Shown: one piece after another, positions 27,267-39,403 of the stretch
Position numbering within the stretch: position 1 is the stretch's first letter
How the letters are laid out: each line of letters begins with the position of its first letter
Assembly (NCBI GenBank): GCA_036172245.1
Contig: JAYWIR010000002.1
Coordinates: forward strand, 3,224,001 to 3,288,000
Direction: 5' to 3'
Origin: Raillietiella orientalis
Lineage: Eukaryota
Length of the DNA stretch: 64,000 bases
Notes under the pieces: generated by a model
Database searches by the model: none
What the model was told of the DNA's origin: nothing
Seen by the model: only the letters and a program-made list of their open reading frames with translations
Program-made: the position numbers and the translations under genes

Positions 27267-27329
27267 TTCTCTTGGGCGTGGTGGCGGCGTTCCTCGCTCC
27301 GAGGGAAGCCCCCGGCAAGATGGCGGAAA

Positions 27330-28460
27330 GATGGTAACGCAGATGGACGAAGCTGTCGATCAGGAAGCTCAGGATTTCAAAACTTTAGCGAGGAATCCTG
27401 GGAAAGACGATGATCCTCCCTCAGGAGCCCCGAACGAGGTCCTCGAGCGTGTCTTTGTTTGCCAGCCGCGGCGCCTCCCGTTAAGCTGTAGACTTGGATT
27501 CTGCAGGTTGCCTACCACTTCTCGGAAGAATCCAATTCTTTCTCTCTCCACGAATCTTTTGTTTTCGCGGGGCTGTAGTGCCACTTCCAAAAATCTTCTG
27601 CTTACATCCTCATCAGTTGACAATCGTTTCTTCTTTGGTTCTAGGAGATTCCTCCACTGTCTTCAACGGTTCCAGTGAATACCCCCGGATACGTTCGATG
27701 CTCGAGGGCTCCCTTATTTCTGTCGACGTGCAGTTCCTTTATCAGCTGTGGATCCCCTAGGAAGGTAACTGCTGAGACTCTGACGGCCTCACCAGGACAA
27801 CCATGGTCGACAGAGAGACATCGAGATCTGCGCGTTTTCGAGCACTTCTGAAACGCCTCAAACGTGCTCTCGAGGGGTTAGGGGGCATCGAGCACGATAT
27901 CTTTCTGTCCTCGAGCAGGACCAGATCCGGCAAGGCGAAGAAGGTCCTTTGGGGAGCTCTTTCGCTGGGGCTTTTGTCAGGTGCGGCGAAAACCCCTGCG
28001 GTATGCGCTGCCCTCCAGCTGACTCTTTGGCCACGACCCACGGTCCTAGCGAGGAGCTCCGCGGGACTCGCCAGTGCACTGAGACGCCTCTGGCGGGAGC
28101 ACTCCCTCATCCGGCAGGAGGAGGGAGGATAGAGCACCGCTGAACAGCAGCCTCGTGCTTCCAGAAGCCGTGTGGGAAAGGGAAGAAAGGGGTAGGGAAA
28201 CGGGGGAGACCATCCTGCCCAACCATCTTCCGAAGAACCTCGCCCAAGGAAGGCAAAATATCTTGGATCCATGAAGGGGATGAAGTCCGCTGTTACCCGA
28301 TCAGTCCCTGAGGCAGCTGAAGATGACCCTCAGCTGATGCCAAGGGGCCAGAAGGACAGCCATCAACTTCCCAGCCGGGTTTTTCCTGACGGCTTCCCAC
28401 TGCTCCAAGCACTTCCTTTTCCTGCTGCTAGCATCCGCGGCCTTGCACCTTCCTGCGCCT
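27330..28460 (-). mobile_element. Decayed LINE RT remnant
   Basis: VRKNPAG ~ LRKDVAAG; TYPGVFTG ~ KYPGVYIG; WILPR...ANKDT ~ VLLPK...MNKET. Confidence 0.55.
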
Positions 28461-31400
28461 TCTCTTCCACTTCGCTTCATCCCCATCTTTCATCGGGGTC
28501 AGGGCGGTGCCCTGTCCGAGTAGAGACGCTTTCGAGCAGCCGCGTACCTTGGCGCTCTCCTGGTCCCTCGTCTTCTCCTCCCGTCACCTCCGCCTTGCCC
28601 ACGGGAAGGAGGAGGAAGGCCAGCCGGAGGTCTTCCCCCGTCCCTCACGGGAGGAAGGAAGAAAACGGGAGCGTTCGTCCGAGGGCGGGAAGCGAGGACA
28701 AGGAAGGAGACTCCAGGAAGCGCGCTCCATCGCAGCAAGCTACGGGAGGCGCGGACTTCTTTGTCCGGGGCGGAGACGGGCGTCTCCGGAGGAATCCCTC
28801 CCTACTCCCCTTCTTCCTCCCCTCCTTCTCGCTTCTTCTCCTCGGCGGGGAGGCAGTTCCTCGTGAAGGAAAGGGGAGCGAGGCAGGGCGGCGTTCCTGT
28901 GCCTCCGGGACACCCCCGAGTGACCGATGGAGCTGCTGCCCGGAACGGGGCGCGCCGGGTGTGGGACGGGCGAAGACCTCTCTCTGCTTCGTGGGGAGGA
29001 GACGGCGGTGACGGTCCATCTCCCGTAGGCAGCGGTTAGCATGATCAGCGTCTCCCTTTTTGGCGAGCAGGAGATGCCTCCGCGGCTCCTCCTTGCCGGA
29101 ACGGGACGAGCGCCCCCGATTACCTCCGGGAGAAAAAGACCTCCCGGAAACGCGAGGGAGGGATCCGGGACTCCTGATATGCCCTCTGCTTCCTTCTGCT
29201 CTCCGTTCTCCACGAAGTGCCCCTTTTCTCGTATCTGTAGCAAGGGATGCTGCTTTCCTTCTTCCTCCTCTGCTCTCTCCTCCCTCTCTCGCTCTCGCTC
29301 TCCAAGGGAATCATCCGAAATGCAATTAGCGAGAGGTACCGGTGTCAGGAAGAGAGGGGGAGGAGAAGGAGGAGGAGGAGGAGAAGAAAAGAAAAAAAAA
29401 GACCTGACGTGCGGCATCAGCGGTCCTCTCGCCCGCAGCAACGGGGAAAGAAAGAGGAGCATCAATCTTCATGCTTCTTCCGACGTCGCGAGTGAACGGC
29501 GAGAACGGGGTAGGGAAAGGGGAGATCGAGGAGGAGATCGTTCTATAGTTCTTCCCTGGCAACCAGCACATCGTGTCTCCTGCTCTACGGAGACTCTGTC
29601 ATCGTTCGCCCTTTAATTAACTCTTGGATGGTTCCTCTGGAACCCAGGCCGCACGGCGTTCTCCCGGAGCCGAGCTGATCCCCCCCCCCCCTCCTACATC
29701 AAGACGAGATTACGGGGCAGAGGAGGAGGAAGGCCGCCTTCTCTCGCCTTCCCCCCTTCTGCCCCTGCCTCGAGGAGACGGGGGACTCCGAGAAAAATCT
29801 GCGATCGCCCTCTTCGCTTCCGATAGTCCCGATGCTTTCTGGGACGCGCGGGGACTTTCGAGAAAGGACGCGCGGCTCGTTGGTTTCCCCCCTTGCAGCC
29901 AACGCCACCCGGAGATCAGGAGGTGAGCGCTCAAGCGTCGCTCCGGGCGGATCGTCCCGCCGCTGGCGCCCCGGTTGTCGCGCGCGCGCGGAAAGGGTGG
30001 GGGACGGAGGAAAGGGACGTTCCTCTCTGGAGCACTTCCACATCCTCCTCCCGGGATGTGTCGGCCGTCTCGGGAAGAAAGTAGGGTCTGTCTCCAAAAG
30101 GAGGGGGACGTTTCATGAGCCAGGTCGACATCACCACGTGGGGGGTCCGACCTCTGACGGCTCGGATCGCCTCGCTGGTTCGCGGGTCCGCCCTCCTGCA
30201 GGAAAGGAGGCAAAGAAGAAGTGGAAAAAGGAGGGAAGAGCGCACTCTCGGGATGAGAGGGCCACGAAAGAACTTCGGACATTTTGGAAGCCTCGCGCGC
30301 CTCTAGACGCGCGAGGCTCCCGCGCCCGCCGCCTCCGGGAGGAAATGCTCGAAAGCCATCCTCCTCCACGGTCCCAGCGAAGCGAATGAGTCGTCTCCGT
30401 ACTCGTCGTGCGCAGCGTTAAGCCATGGGGGGTCGCAAGCGCACCAAAATCGGTTAGCGTCGGAGGTGCCAATTTTGGCCTCGCCTGTCCGCTCGAAGGC
30501 GCTCGTGTTGTGAGGGTGCGGTTTGGAGGTGGAAGAGGAGGGATGGACAGTGGGGCAATGGGGAAGGAGAGGGTATGGCGTGCGCTTGCACGAGCGCCTT
30601 CCCGTGCCGATGACGCAAGCGCCGCGTGGCGGACGCGCAGCTCCCATGTGGCCTCTGCACACGACGCATTGCTTCCAAGAGGAACGCAGGATTGCAAGTG
30701 CGAGCGAGAGCGTGCGTGTCAGGGCGTTCGTTCCGTTTCCGCCGCCTCGTCTCGCCTTCCTCCCAGTCATAATTTACTCAGGAACGGGTGGTTTGGTTTC
30801 TGGGAGTCGCTATCCGATGGCAAAGCTCCAGGACATCTTCAGGGGAGCAGCCCGCGCTGGAGACGTCATCTAGCAGTGTGGCGCGTTGCAGGATGAGGAG
30901 GATGGATGCGGTTGAGAAGAAACATCCAGAAGCAGCGCTTTGTAATGCGCCACACCACGAACGGTGAGGAACGTGGGAGGACTCCGGGAAACGTTTGTGG
31001 AGACCGCGCTGCTCTTAGTGGGAGCGCAGTGGGAGAGCCGAGGAACCACGGGTGCGATGGTGGCAAGGGAGGAGGGTGGAGGTGAGCGTGAGGAGAACAC
31101 CAGCCTAAATGAAGTGCCCTCCGGTAGTGTGGACGTGCGCGGAGCGCATCGTGCGCTGCTGAAGATGATCCTCAGGGACGCCATCCATCGAACGCCCTGG
31201 TACTCGCCGCACCTGAGATCGGAAGCCAGAAGCAAGCGAAGATTCAGATGCTGAGGCAAACGAAGTCTGCCGCGGTTTTTTCCGAGACGGCTTTCGCCAG
31301 AGGCTGCGTCGCCACTAAGCCGCTCGCTCCGTGCGGAACGGCATGAGGGTGGGCCTTCCATCGGATCTCCGTCTGCCCAGCTCCACGAGGGAGGCTATCA

Positions 31401-31899
31401 GGGAGGCGAAAGACTCGAGGAAGATGAAGTGCCGTCGAGGAAGTGAGGAAGATCTCCCATCCAGCTTCTCCTAGCGAGGGCTCCATTTGTTTCCAGGCAG
31501 GGCACCTGGAAACAAATGGGGAACATACACGAGAGCGAACGCTGGTGAATAGGGCCTGAACCATTCCTGCATGGGAATGTAACTCTTTGAAGATATTTTC
31601 TCCCTCTGGAAAGAATAGCCCTTCTCGACTACCCACGCAGTCCTAGCCGGCCAGCTCACTCCATACTCTCTGATCTTTTATGTGATGAATTTCGAGAGGG
31701 TGGCAGCTCCTCATTAGCAGGCTCTTGAGCGAGCGCTCTCGATTCTTCTGATGGCGCCCAAGCCTGGTTTAGAGCTCGCGTGCATTCGAGTCGGCATCGC
31801 GGAAATGGCTCCTCTTGATCAGGTGCTTACCACTCTTAGCTACATCGCCTGCTGCGCAATGATCCAGGCGAACTGAACCTCCCAAGAGGATACGCGAGC

Positions 31900-34800
31900 A
31901 GCCACCCCTAGGGCAACATAAAATATGGGTCCGATGGACCGTTCACGAGTGTTCTGCAAAGCAGGACACCGGCGCGGAGGCCCTCCATCCTTTCGAAACG
32001 CTTATGCACGCTCCATAAGTGCCGAAAGATGTGGCGGCAAGAACTGTTCCAGCGCGTTCAAGTGGCCGAGCCACTTGACTTTCAGCCGACCTTTCCCTCT
32101 TTTTTTTCGGTACGAAAGAGGAAAGGGAAAAAGACGCACCGTGCCTCAACACGTCCACTCTGTTCTCTGTTCCTCTCTCGCGGGTGTGGGTGAACGTTAG
32201 TCCACCCTCGTCCACTCGTTCCGCGGGAAGAGAATGTGCCGTTTGAAACGGGCACTTGATCTCAAAAAATACCTGAGATGCATGCCGCAAACCAAAGCGC
32301 TCTCGCAATACCTGCACGCTTCCCCCATTGCATCTCCTTGCAAAAATTTGTGGAATGCTGATTGTGGTATCCATGTCCCTATTTTCTCATGATATTGGAA
32401 GATGCTGTTCCGGTAAGCCTGCCTTGCCCGTTGCGAGAGGAATCGGAGTTTAATTTGTTCCCTGTCGTGAGGCATCAGTGTCAAGCTGCCAGTTGACAGC
32501 AACTGGTGTCTCGCTAGTGTTTCATACCCACATCTCGATGACACCACAGCACATACTCCGAACACTCGGATGGTACAGTATGGATTCACACGCTTCACAG
32601 CGTGCTGTAGCGGCGAACAAGAAGCTCAATCCATTAACAGCAGATGAAAGTTGTCGCTTTTCTTCTCTTCCCATTTCCAGATAAGGACTGTTAAGGACAG
32701 CAGGGAGTCGAAGATAAAAACATTCCCTTGCAGAGGCATTGCGTTGTTTGCGTCACGCACGCATCCAGCACTACGAATCAACTCTTCGGAAAACTCGCGA
32801 TGCGCATTCGTGGTTGCAAATTCGAAGCATCATGGCAACCTCCTCTAGCGCGATCACTGGTGTGATGCTGCAGTCACTGTTGCGTAGATACTGCTCCTCT
32901 CGATGCTGAATTTTCCATAGCATTTTCGCGAGATTCCTTATGTAAATCCAATCTTCCCTACGAGATTGACGATTGTTCGAGATTTGCGTGCTCTCGCACT
33001 TCAGCAGACGGCTTGTGCTGCTTTCACCCGCGGCGGCTTTTCGGGAAACGGAAGAGGCCCCATGGCTTCCTGAGAATTGCCAGTTTCCTCCCTGGAGTAT
33101 TCACTGCGAGCTCATTGGATGCAATGAATTCCGAAGCGATTGTTGTTTTCGAGACATTGTTGCTGCTATCCTATCAGTGCGTGCAAATAGGATTGCCTTG
33201 TTATGATATCCTCCTATTGTTGGCTGCGTTAGGCCCGTTCGTGTTATGATGGTTGCTTGCTCGATTCCTTTCGATCTCGATTTTCCTCAACCCTCTCTCG
33301 GTCTGGCACCGAGGGTTGGGTGCGCTCAAGAAACTCCCGCCCCCTACCGGCCTGATTCGCTTCCTGCAGCATGGAAAGCGCAGCAGGGAAGCCCTTGCGG
33401 GGTGCCTTCACGCGAGCGTTAAGGTTCCATGGAGTGGTTACTACACGCTCTTCTGCTCCCGCATCTCTCTGACCCCGCACAAAGCGGCAGCATGCGAACT
33501 GCGACCGGCATACTTGGATGCATACGCTCCTTTGTTTGTCCTCCTGCACGGAAGAGGAAGGCACGAGCATGCCATTCCCTCATCAGCGGTTCTGATTTCC
33601 TGGCCCGCCGCGCTCTCTCCTACCCAGTTTGTTCCCTGCCACCTTCCAGCTATCCGGCCTTCCATATAGGGAGAAGGTGACGTCACAATCCACATATCCC
33701 TCTTTGCGTGCTGAGGCCACTGGTCTCGAGACAATGACATCGCAAAGCGAAGGAGGGAAGCTCCCCTCTGTCGACTTTTCCTTTTCTCCCATGTCCGCGA
33801 AAGGCAGGGAGGAGAGAGAAGGTACAAAGGACTGCCACATTCGCGCATGCTCAGCTCCTCAAGAAACGGACCAGAGTTCTGTGCAGGGAAGCATCGCTAC
33901 CTCTCGTTCTTTGGTTTCTCTCGAAGGAGAGTCCCGTGTCGACGGCAGAACCCCCTGAAAGTCCACCGTTCCTAGTCTGCTCTGTGCAGAGCTCGTCTCG
34001 ATTCCGATCAGAGGAGGAAAGTTCCAGGACAGATGATGATCTTCGACACCACCAAGGATCCCAACCCTGCTTGCCGCCGTCAAGCAGTTACCATCCCTGC
34101 ACGAGTGGGAAGTAGCCGAAGGATTTAATGGGCTTCCCGAGACGCACAGTCTCTCATTCTCATCACGATCACACGTCCTCCGAGAGAATCCGAGGCAGCC
34201 GCTACGTGGAAGAGCTACGTGGAGTCTTCTTCGAGGAAAGCCACGGAAATGCTCACCTGGAAGCACGCAAGTGAGAGCGCGAGGCTGGGTATCTGCAAGT
34301 GGCCCGTAGGACGAGTGGGAAGGGATCGTTTCCTCTCAGTCCATCCTCGCGAATCAGAAGGGTTCATCTCCTGGAAAAGTTCCCCCGTAGCTCTCGTAGA
34401 AGCTCCACCACGTGGGAGAGCCTCCCTTAAAGCAGTAGTGCCCTCCCTGAGGGAACATATGAGCATCAGCCTTGCGGCTAGATGAGAGGTTGGTGCTGAA
34501 ATCTCCAACAGGAGAAGAGGACGAGTGAGTGGACGAAGGGGCCGGCTGCGACCCCGAGTGCTCCAACTCGTGGACTTTTACGCTGAAGAGAGCTACTGGG
34601 TATTCCGGAGGAAGGCCTACTGGCCTTCGGTGCTCTTGGACATCCACACCCTCCCATTAAAGTGGCGTTGATGCTGCTGCACTGGGGTCTCCCGTTCAAC
34701 GCCCGCCGGCATCACTAGACACGAGCGTGTGTGGACCCCAACTGTGTCAGGAGCTGTCGTGGAGCGTGAATCCCTCCGGCACCTGCTTGTGGATTGCGTT

Positions 34801-35140
34801 GCCCTTTCCGGCCCCTCTGGGAACACTTGGCCGAGACCCTAGGAGCCCCCGGCGGTTAGCTCCAGGGACGCTCCTACGCGACGCACTTCGGCCGGCAGCC
34901 TCGCTGGCAGCTCTCTGCTACCTACGCGGGATTGTAGCTGCCTGGAGAGATGCAAGAGGAGGATAGGAGTGGGACGCCATCCACTTCTCCGTCCGCTTTA
35001 TGAGGATCGCAAAAAGATGGCCTCACCTGAAGGACTGTATGCAGCAAGAGCTTGCCGGCATCCTCGAAAGAGATCCTCGAAAGGATGCAGAGGACCTCCC
35101 CTAGCATGACGTGATCCCTTCCCCCACCCCCCATTTATTT
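31900..35140 (+). mobile_element. Decayed near-full-length LINE (ORF1 tail + ORF2), same family
   Basis: VFCKAGHRRGGPPSFRNAY ~ SFCKQPGHAKWSCPEFANY; ATGVSLVF ~ TMGVAILI; AYLDAYAPLF ~ RYLHAYLRLF; GLLAFGA...LMLLHWG...RRHH ~ NLLAIGT...LLMFYHGG...RLQH; ESLRHLLVDC zinc finger; ends near a C-rich motif like the intact 3' end. Confidence 0.7.
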
Positions 35141-35899
35141 ATTTTTATTTTTGTTTCATCTTGCTTGCCCCCTCTCCTCTGCTGCCGTGACGGACCGCAC
35201 CGGTCTGAGAACCGGTAACCCAGCAAGCTCTCGTTAAATGGATGCGGCTGGACTACCGGTCCAACCACAAATTTTGTATATGTTATTTTTCACATTAAAT
35301 ATACGCACCGCCGTACGAAGGTGACAAACCAGCTTGGAGCCGTGTTCCCGAGGGAGACGACGGCCAAGAAGCCGCTGGTTTCCGTGGGTCGTCGCACCGA
35401 GCGCTTCGGCGCCTCTGGACTGGAACTCTGGGGTGGGGCTTATCCCTTCGAAGCCGGGAAGCAGCCAAGAAGGCTCTGTAGACCTATCTCTCCAATGCTC
35501 CTCTATGGGAGCCTGGACGTCTGAGAACGACCTGAACCTACAAGGGTTTGGAGCTGGATCTGCGGGATCCAAAAGAACAGCTGTTTGAGTCCAAGGTGCT
35601 TATGGACGACCTTAGAGCTCCTTGAAGTGCCCTGAGGCAGAAACGCCGTAGCAAGGAGCCGTCCCCGGACTTCAGGAACCGTTCAGGTCTAGGATCGGAT
35701 ACGAGGAGAGTTGCGTGAGGGTGAGTGCGTGGGTCCCACCCTCTGCGGAGGGAGTCTTCCTTGTTGTGAGAGTGGCAAAGGCTCCACCTCCGCCACGCTC
35801 ACAACAAGGAAGACTTTGAAGACCACAAAAGCCACAAAGTCAGAGACGAGGAGGAGGATGAAGACGCCAGAGACGCTCACCGGCAGGCGCTAGCGCGGA

Positions 35900-36800
35900 A
35901 GGCGAGTGGGGCACCGGCGCAACTTTTGACTCGGGCAAAAAGATGCGGGATGCTGCTGGAAGCAGTTTCCTGTTCAGGGAAGCTGCGTCTGATTGGATGC
36001 TTGTCCTGTGACGGCTTCTGTATCAGAAACCGGCGGTGAAAACAATCATAGACATAAGGTACACGGGTCTGCAATCCTCGTGTGCACGCTGCCCGTAAGA
36101 TGGCACATAAGTTTCTTGGCGTTGTCTGCCACAGCACCGTCAATGCATCGAAGCCATCGGCCTGCATACCGCGACCATCGCATCTCTTGAGGAAATCCGC
36201 TTTCCCTCTGCCGGAAAGCTGCAAACATCCTGCAGCCCCGCCACAGAACGTTCGCGCAAGGAAATCTGGGACGACGAGCGCCGGTGATCTCGTTCCTCTT
36301 TGACAATCTGATCAGCGTCATCTGCCACAGCGTGCGGTGCCAGGAGACTGGTCCGTTCTGCGATCACGCCACTCCTCCGAATGCTTCCTTCGATACGGGA
36401 GTTCTTAGGTTGGAGCCCTGCGACAGTCCGATCACTTTTTCACGATGGAGTCCCTCTGGGTGTTGCAGCCTTCTGGCGTCGTACGAGACGAATTGAGATT
36501 CAGTCGCAGGGAACTTAAATTTGGTTTCCCATGACCCTGCCAATCTTCTCATTGGTTCTTCTAGGTGATGGGTCGCCATACTGCCGAGACATTCCATGGC
36601 CTCCGCAGCAACAGATCCGATTCTGGAATCCCACCATTTTGGGGGACCTCTGGATATTTGGAGACACAGCAGTCTGCAAGGGAACTGCAAGACTCTCGGG
36701 AGTGAAGGCGGATTTTTCGTGGCTTCAGGTCTCGTTCCTAGATTCACAAACCTAAGCACAAGATCAAGAATTATGGGATTTTTCTCGATGCTCTAAGCTC
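35900..36800 (+). mobile_element. Decayed LINE RT remnant
   Basis: NLISVICH ~ RLISPVQT; TGVLRLEPCDSPITF ~ RGVRQGDSPSPMLF. Confidence 0.35.
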
Positions 36801-39304
36801 ACTTTGTTTGGCGATGATCCGGTTACCTTGTGTCTTGGTGAATGAAAGTGAAGCGGGTAGCATTCCCTCACGCGAAAGGACTCCTTGGGGTTCAACTAAC
36901 AGGTGAAAATCTCCTTCTATTTTTTTTGGTTCAGCTCTTCCCTCGTGAAAACCCATGTGCTCTGGAGGGAGGGCTTTTAGCCGACTGATGAATAAATACT
37001 CCTTGAAGTACGGGGCTCTTCACAGATTGCAGTCCCTAACAGGTCTTTGAGTTGCAACTTAGCTTTTCCGCCACCCTTCTTCACCTTTCCTTCACAAGAA
37101 GGACATTGCTATTCAGCAACAGACCTCGTTATTCCTTGTTAATCCATAGTATTACTGTACTTCAGGCGAGCGTTTTGAAATCCACTTTCTCTTTGGAAAT
37201 CCTGACATTCATCTCCACTGATCTTCGCTCCTCTTTGAGGACTCCTGTAGGATGAACCTCCGAAGTTCACGATGTGTTGATCTATCCTTTCGAGATCATC
37301 GCATCATATGGGCGCTGGCATTTAATTCATAATAAGTGTACACAATGCATCCTACTGGTGAGAACACAGCTATCGGTCACCGGCAGCATCAGACTATCCG
37401 AGATTCCATTGAAGCAAACACAAATTGGCTGTTTCCAGAATCAGTTCATCCAAAATTCAATTAGACATTTCTTGAATAAATCAAATCCGTGTGCCTGTCC
37501 TCCAACTCTTATGGGTCGCTTTATCCACGTCTTGCAGCAGCATTTATGGAACTTAAATTCGCTGCTTGCTTTCATCCGACGAGCATCGTAACAGCATTAA
37601 TATTTTTGGCAGCTACTCCCTCTTTTTCAGAGTTCTGATTCTGAAGTTGATGCAAGACCGAGCGGCCACCGCTGAGCTTGACGTCGAGCATCCACTGTAA
37701 TGCTTTCCAGAGTACCAAAGCAGTGGGATTTTCAAGTTAACACTGAAATCTTTTTAAAATTTGCTGTGGTTTCCTGGAAACGGGTAACGGAAACGAACAT
37801 GGGAGGTTCAGAAATTCGTCGCACATCCACGTGCTCTGAATTTATGCAAGTTGACGAACGCGCAAGAAACGAAGCATCTGTACTCCAAAGATTGTGGGTC
37901 GACACGCAAGGATCGACGGCACAACGAAGAGCGTCATGCTCTGTCTTAATTTGTTCCTTCGTATTGTCACCTCTTTTGCCTAACACCTTCAATTTCCAAG
38001 AGCTCAAAAACACGAAATGAAGTTCCTCTTAGAGGAATATGAAAACAAACCTGACACCCAAAAGAGAGAGAGAGAACGACAAAAGAAAAAAAAAAAAAAA
38101 GAACGAAAATTAATGCGGACAAGAAATGAGACTGCCATACTACTTGAGATGTATCCAGGAACAGCGGAGTTGAAAGCCATGATCTTCCATACACGGTGCA
38201 CACAGGATTCTATTCAAATCTATTAGAAGCTTGGGCAATTGTTGATTCTCTTTAGCAGCATGGGGATCCTCAATCTGCAATTCCTTGAGACTAGGTGGGT
38301 GGCAAAGAGTGGTTTGCAGTGATCGGAGTCTCTCGTTTCGGTAGGCAGTATTAGTGCGAATTCGTGAAAACCGTAAATCGTGGACCTCAAGTTCTGAGAA
38401 GCTACTCCATGAAATTAAAAAAACTAAAAAAACTCCTACAGAAATTAAACGCAGACAGACAACTTTTGGAAGCGAGCAGCAAACACTGAACGTTATCAGG
38501 CCGTTCGGAACAGCTACTCCAGCATCTGTTTCCCTGAAGCATAGCTCGAGGGAATCATTGGACAATCAGATAAAACTATGTTGAAATTGTAAATTAAAGC
38601 TCCCAAGCATAAACATGCACAGTTTTGGGGTTCAGTGTTTTCCGAAATCGAATCATCTCGGGAGAATTTTCAAAATTTCGGTTCTGGAAATGCTCGGTTG
38701 CGAATGTGTATCGTTTCACCCGGAATTATCCTTTTTCACGCTTGAATAAGAGTTTTAATGCATTCACAGGAGCATAGTCACGACGTCACGGAAGTACACT
38801 TAGCACCTAACGCGTACATATCAAAGTGCGATTGCCGAACATGCGGCGGCAGCGCTGGTCTCCAAAAGCAGCAGCTTCGACTCGAACATTCCAGACTTCC
38901 ACAGTGTTCCTATGGCATCGCCATTCCCTCAAAATAGCGGCCGCTCCCAGTCTCAGTTTACGTCGGCAACAGACGTCAAAACTTTGCGATGGCACCCCAG
39001 GACCGTCGTGGAATTGCAAGGTGATGTCCACGAGAACTGGCGTGTGCCACCCTTGACTACCATGAACTAAATAGACCGCCACCGTGCCATCACAAGCACG
39101 GAAACACTCATTTCGACACGCAATGTACTGTTTGAAACCATTCAGCAAATGCGAATCACTTGGAGCGACTGAAGTCGGTTTGGACAAAGTTTCGATTCAT
39201 ATTCGCTTCAATCCGACAAGCCAAAGAAAAGCCACCGGCACAATCCTCAACCTTGCGCACTGCTGATAATGCCATCCATGTATTCTCATTGGGATTAAAT
39301 TCAT

Positions 39305-39310
39305 TTTATT
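39305..39310 (-). terminator. Putative TPR polyadenylation signal AATAAA
   Basis: tttatt on +, about 95 nt downstream of the TPR stop codon. Confidence 0.5.
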
Positions 39311-39403
39311 AAAAAATAGTGTCTGTAATGAGCTAAACGTTCATATACGACGAAATCATGCTCTCCGAGGAAATCAACTGAGCAAAAATTCCATCAAGAA
39401 TGA

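Larger units (their letters stand above)
23205..29030. repeat. Near-perfect long inverted duplication, arms ~23205-23771 and ~28463-29030
   Basis: Reverse-complement identity over ~565 bp; ORFs 23497-23736(+) and 28499-28738(-) encode the same peptide. Confidence 0.95.

Noticed and set aside
31500-31640. Integrase-like ELHSHAGM on the minus strand
   Set aside because: Isolated motif with no DDE core; overlaps the probable + strand LINE remnant.
1-37000. Hundreds of 60-450 aa ORFs in the GC-rich region (e.g. 12803-14173, 13952-15301, 23224-24546)
   Set aside because: Arg/Pro/Gly/Ser-rich, overlapping in all frames and without domains; expected from stop-codon scarcity at high GC.
36800-38600. 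Possible APE remnant (LLQWN, EGDFH) or host exons on the minus strand
   Set aside because: Too degenerate to call, and no consistent splice model.
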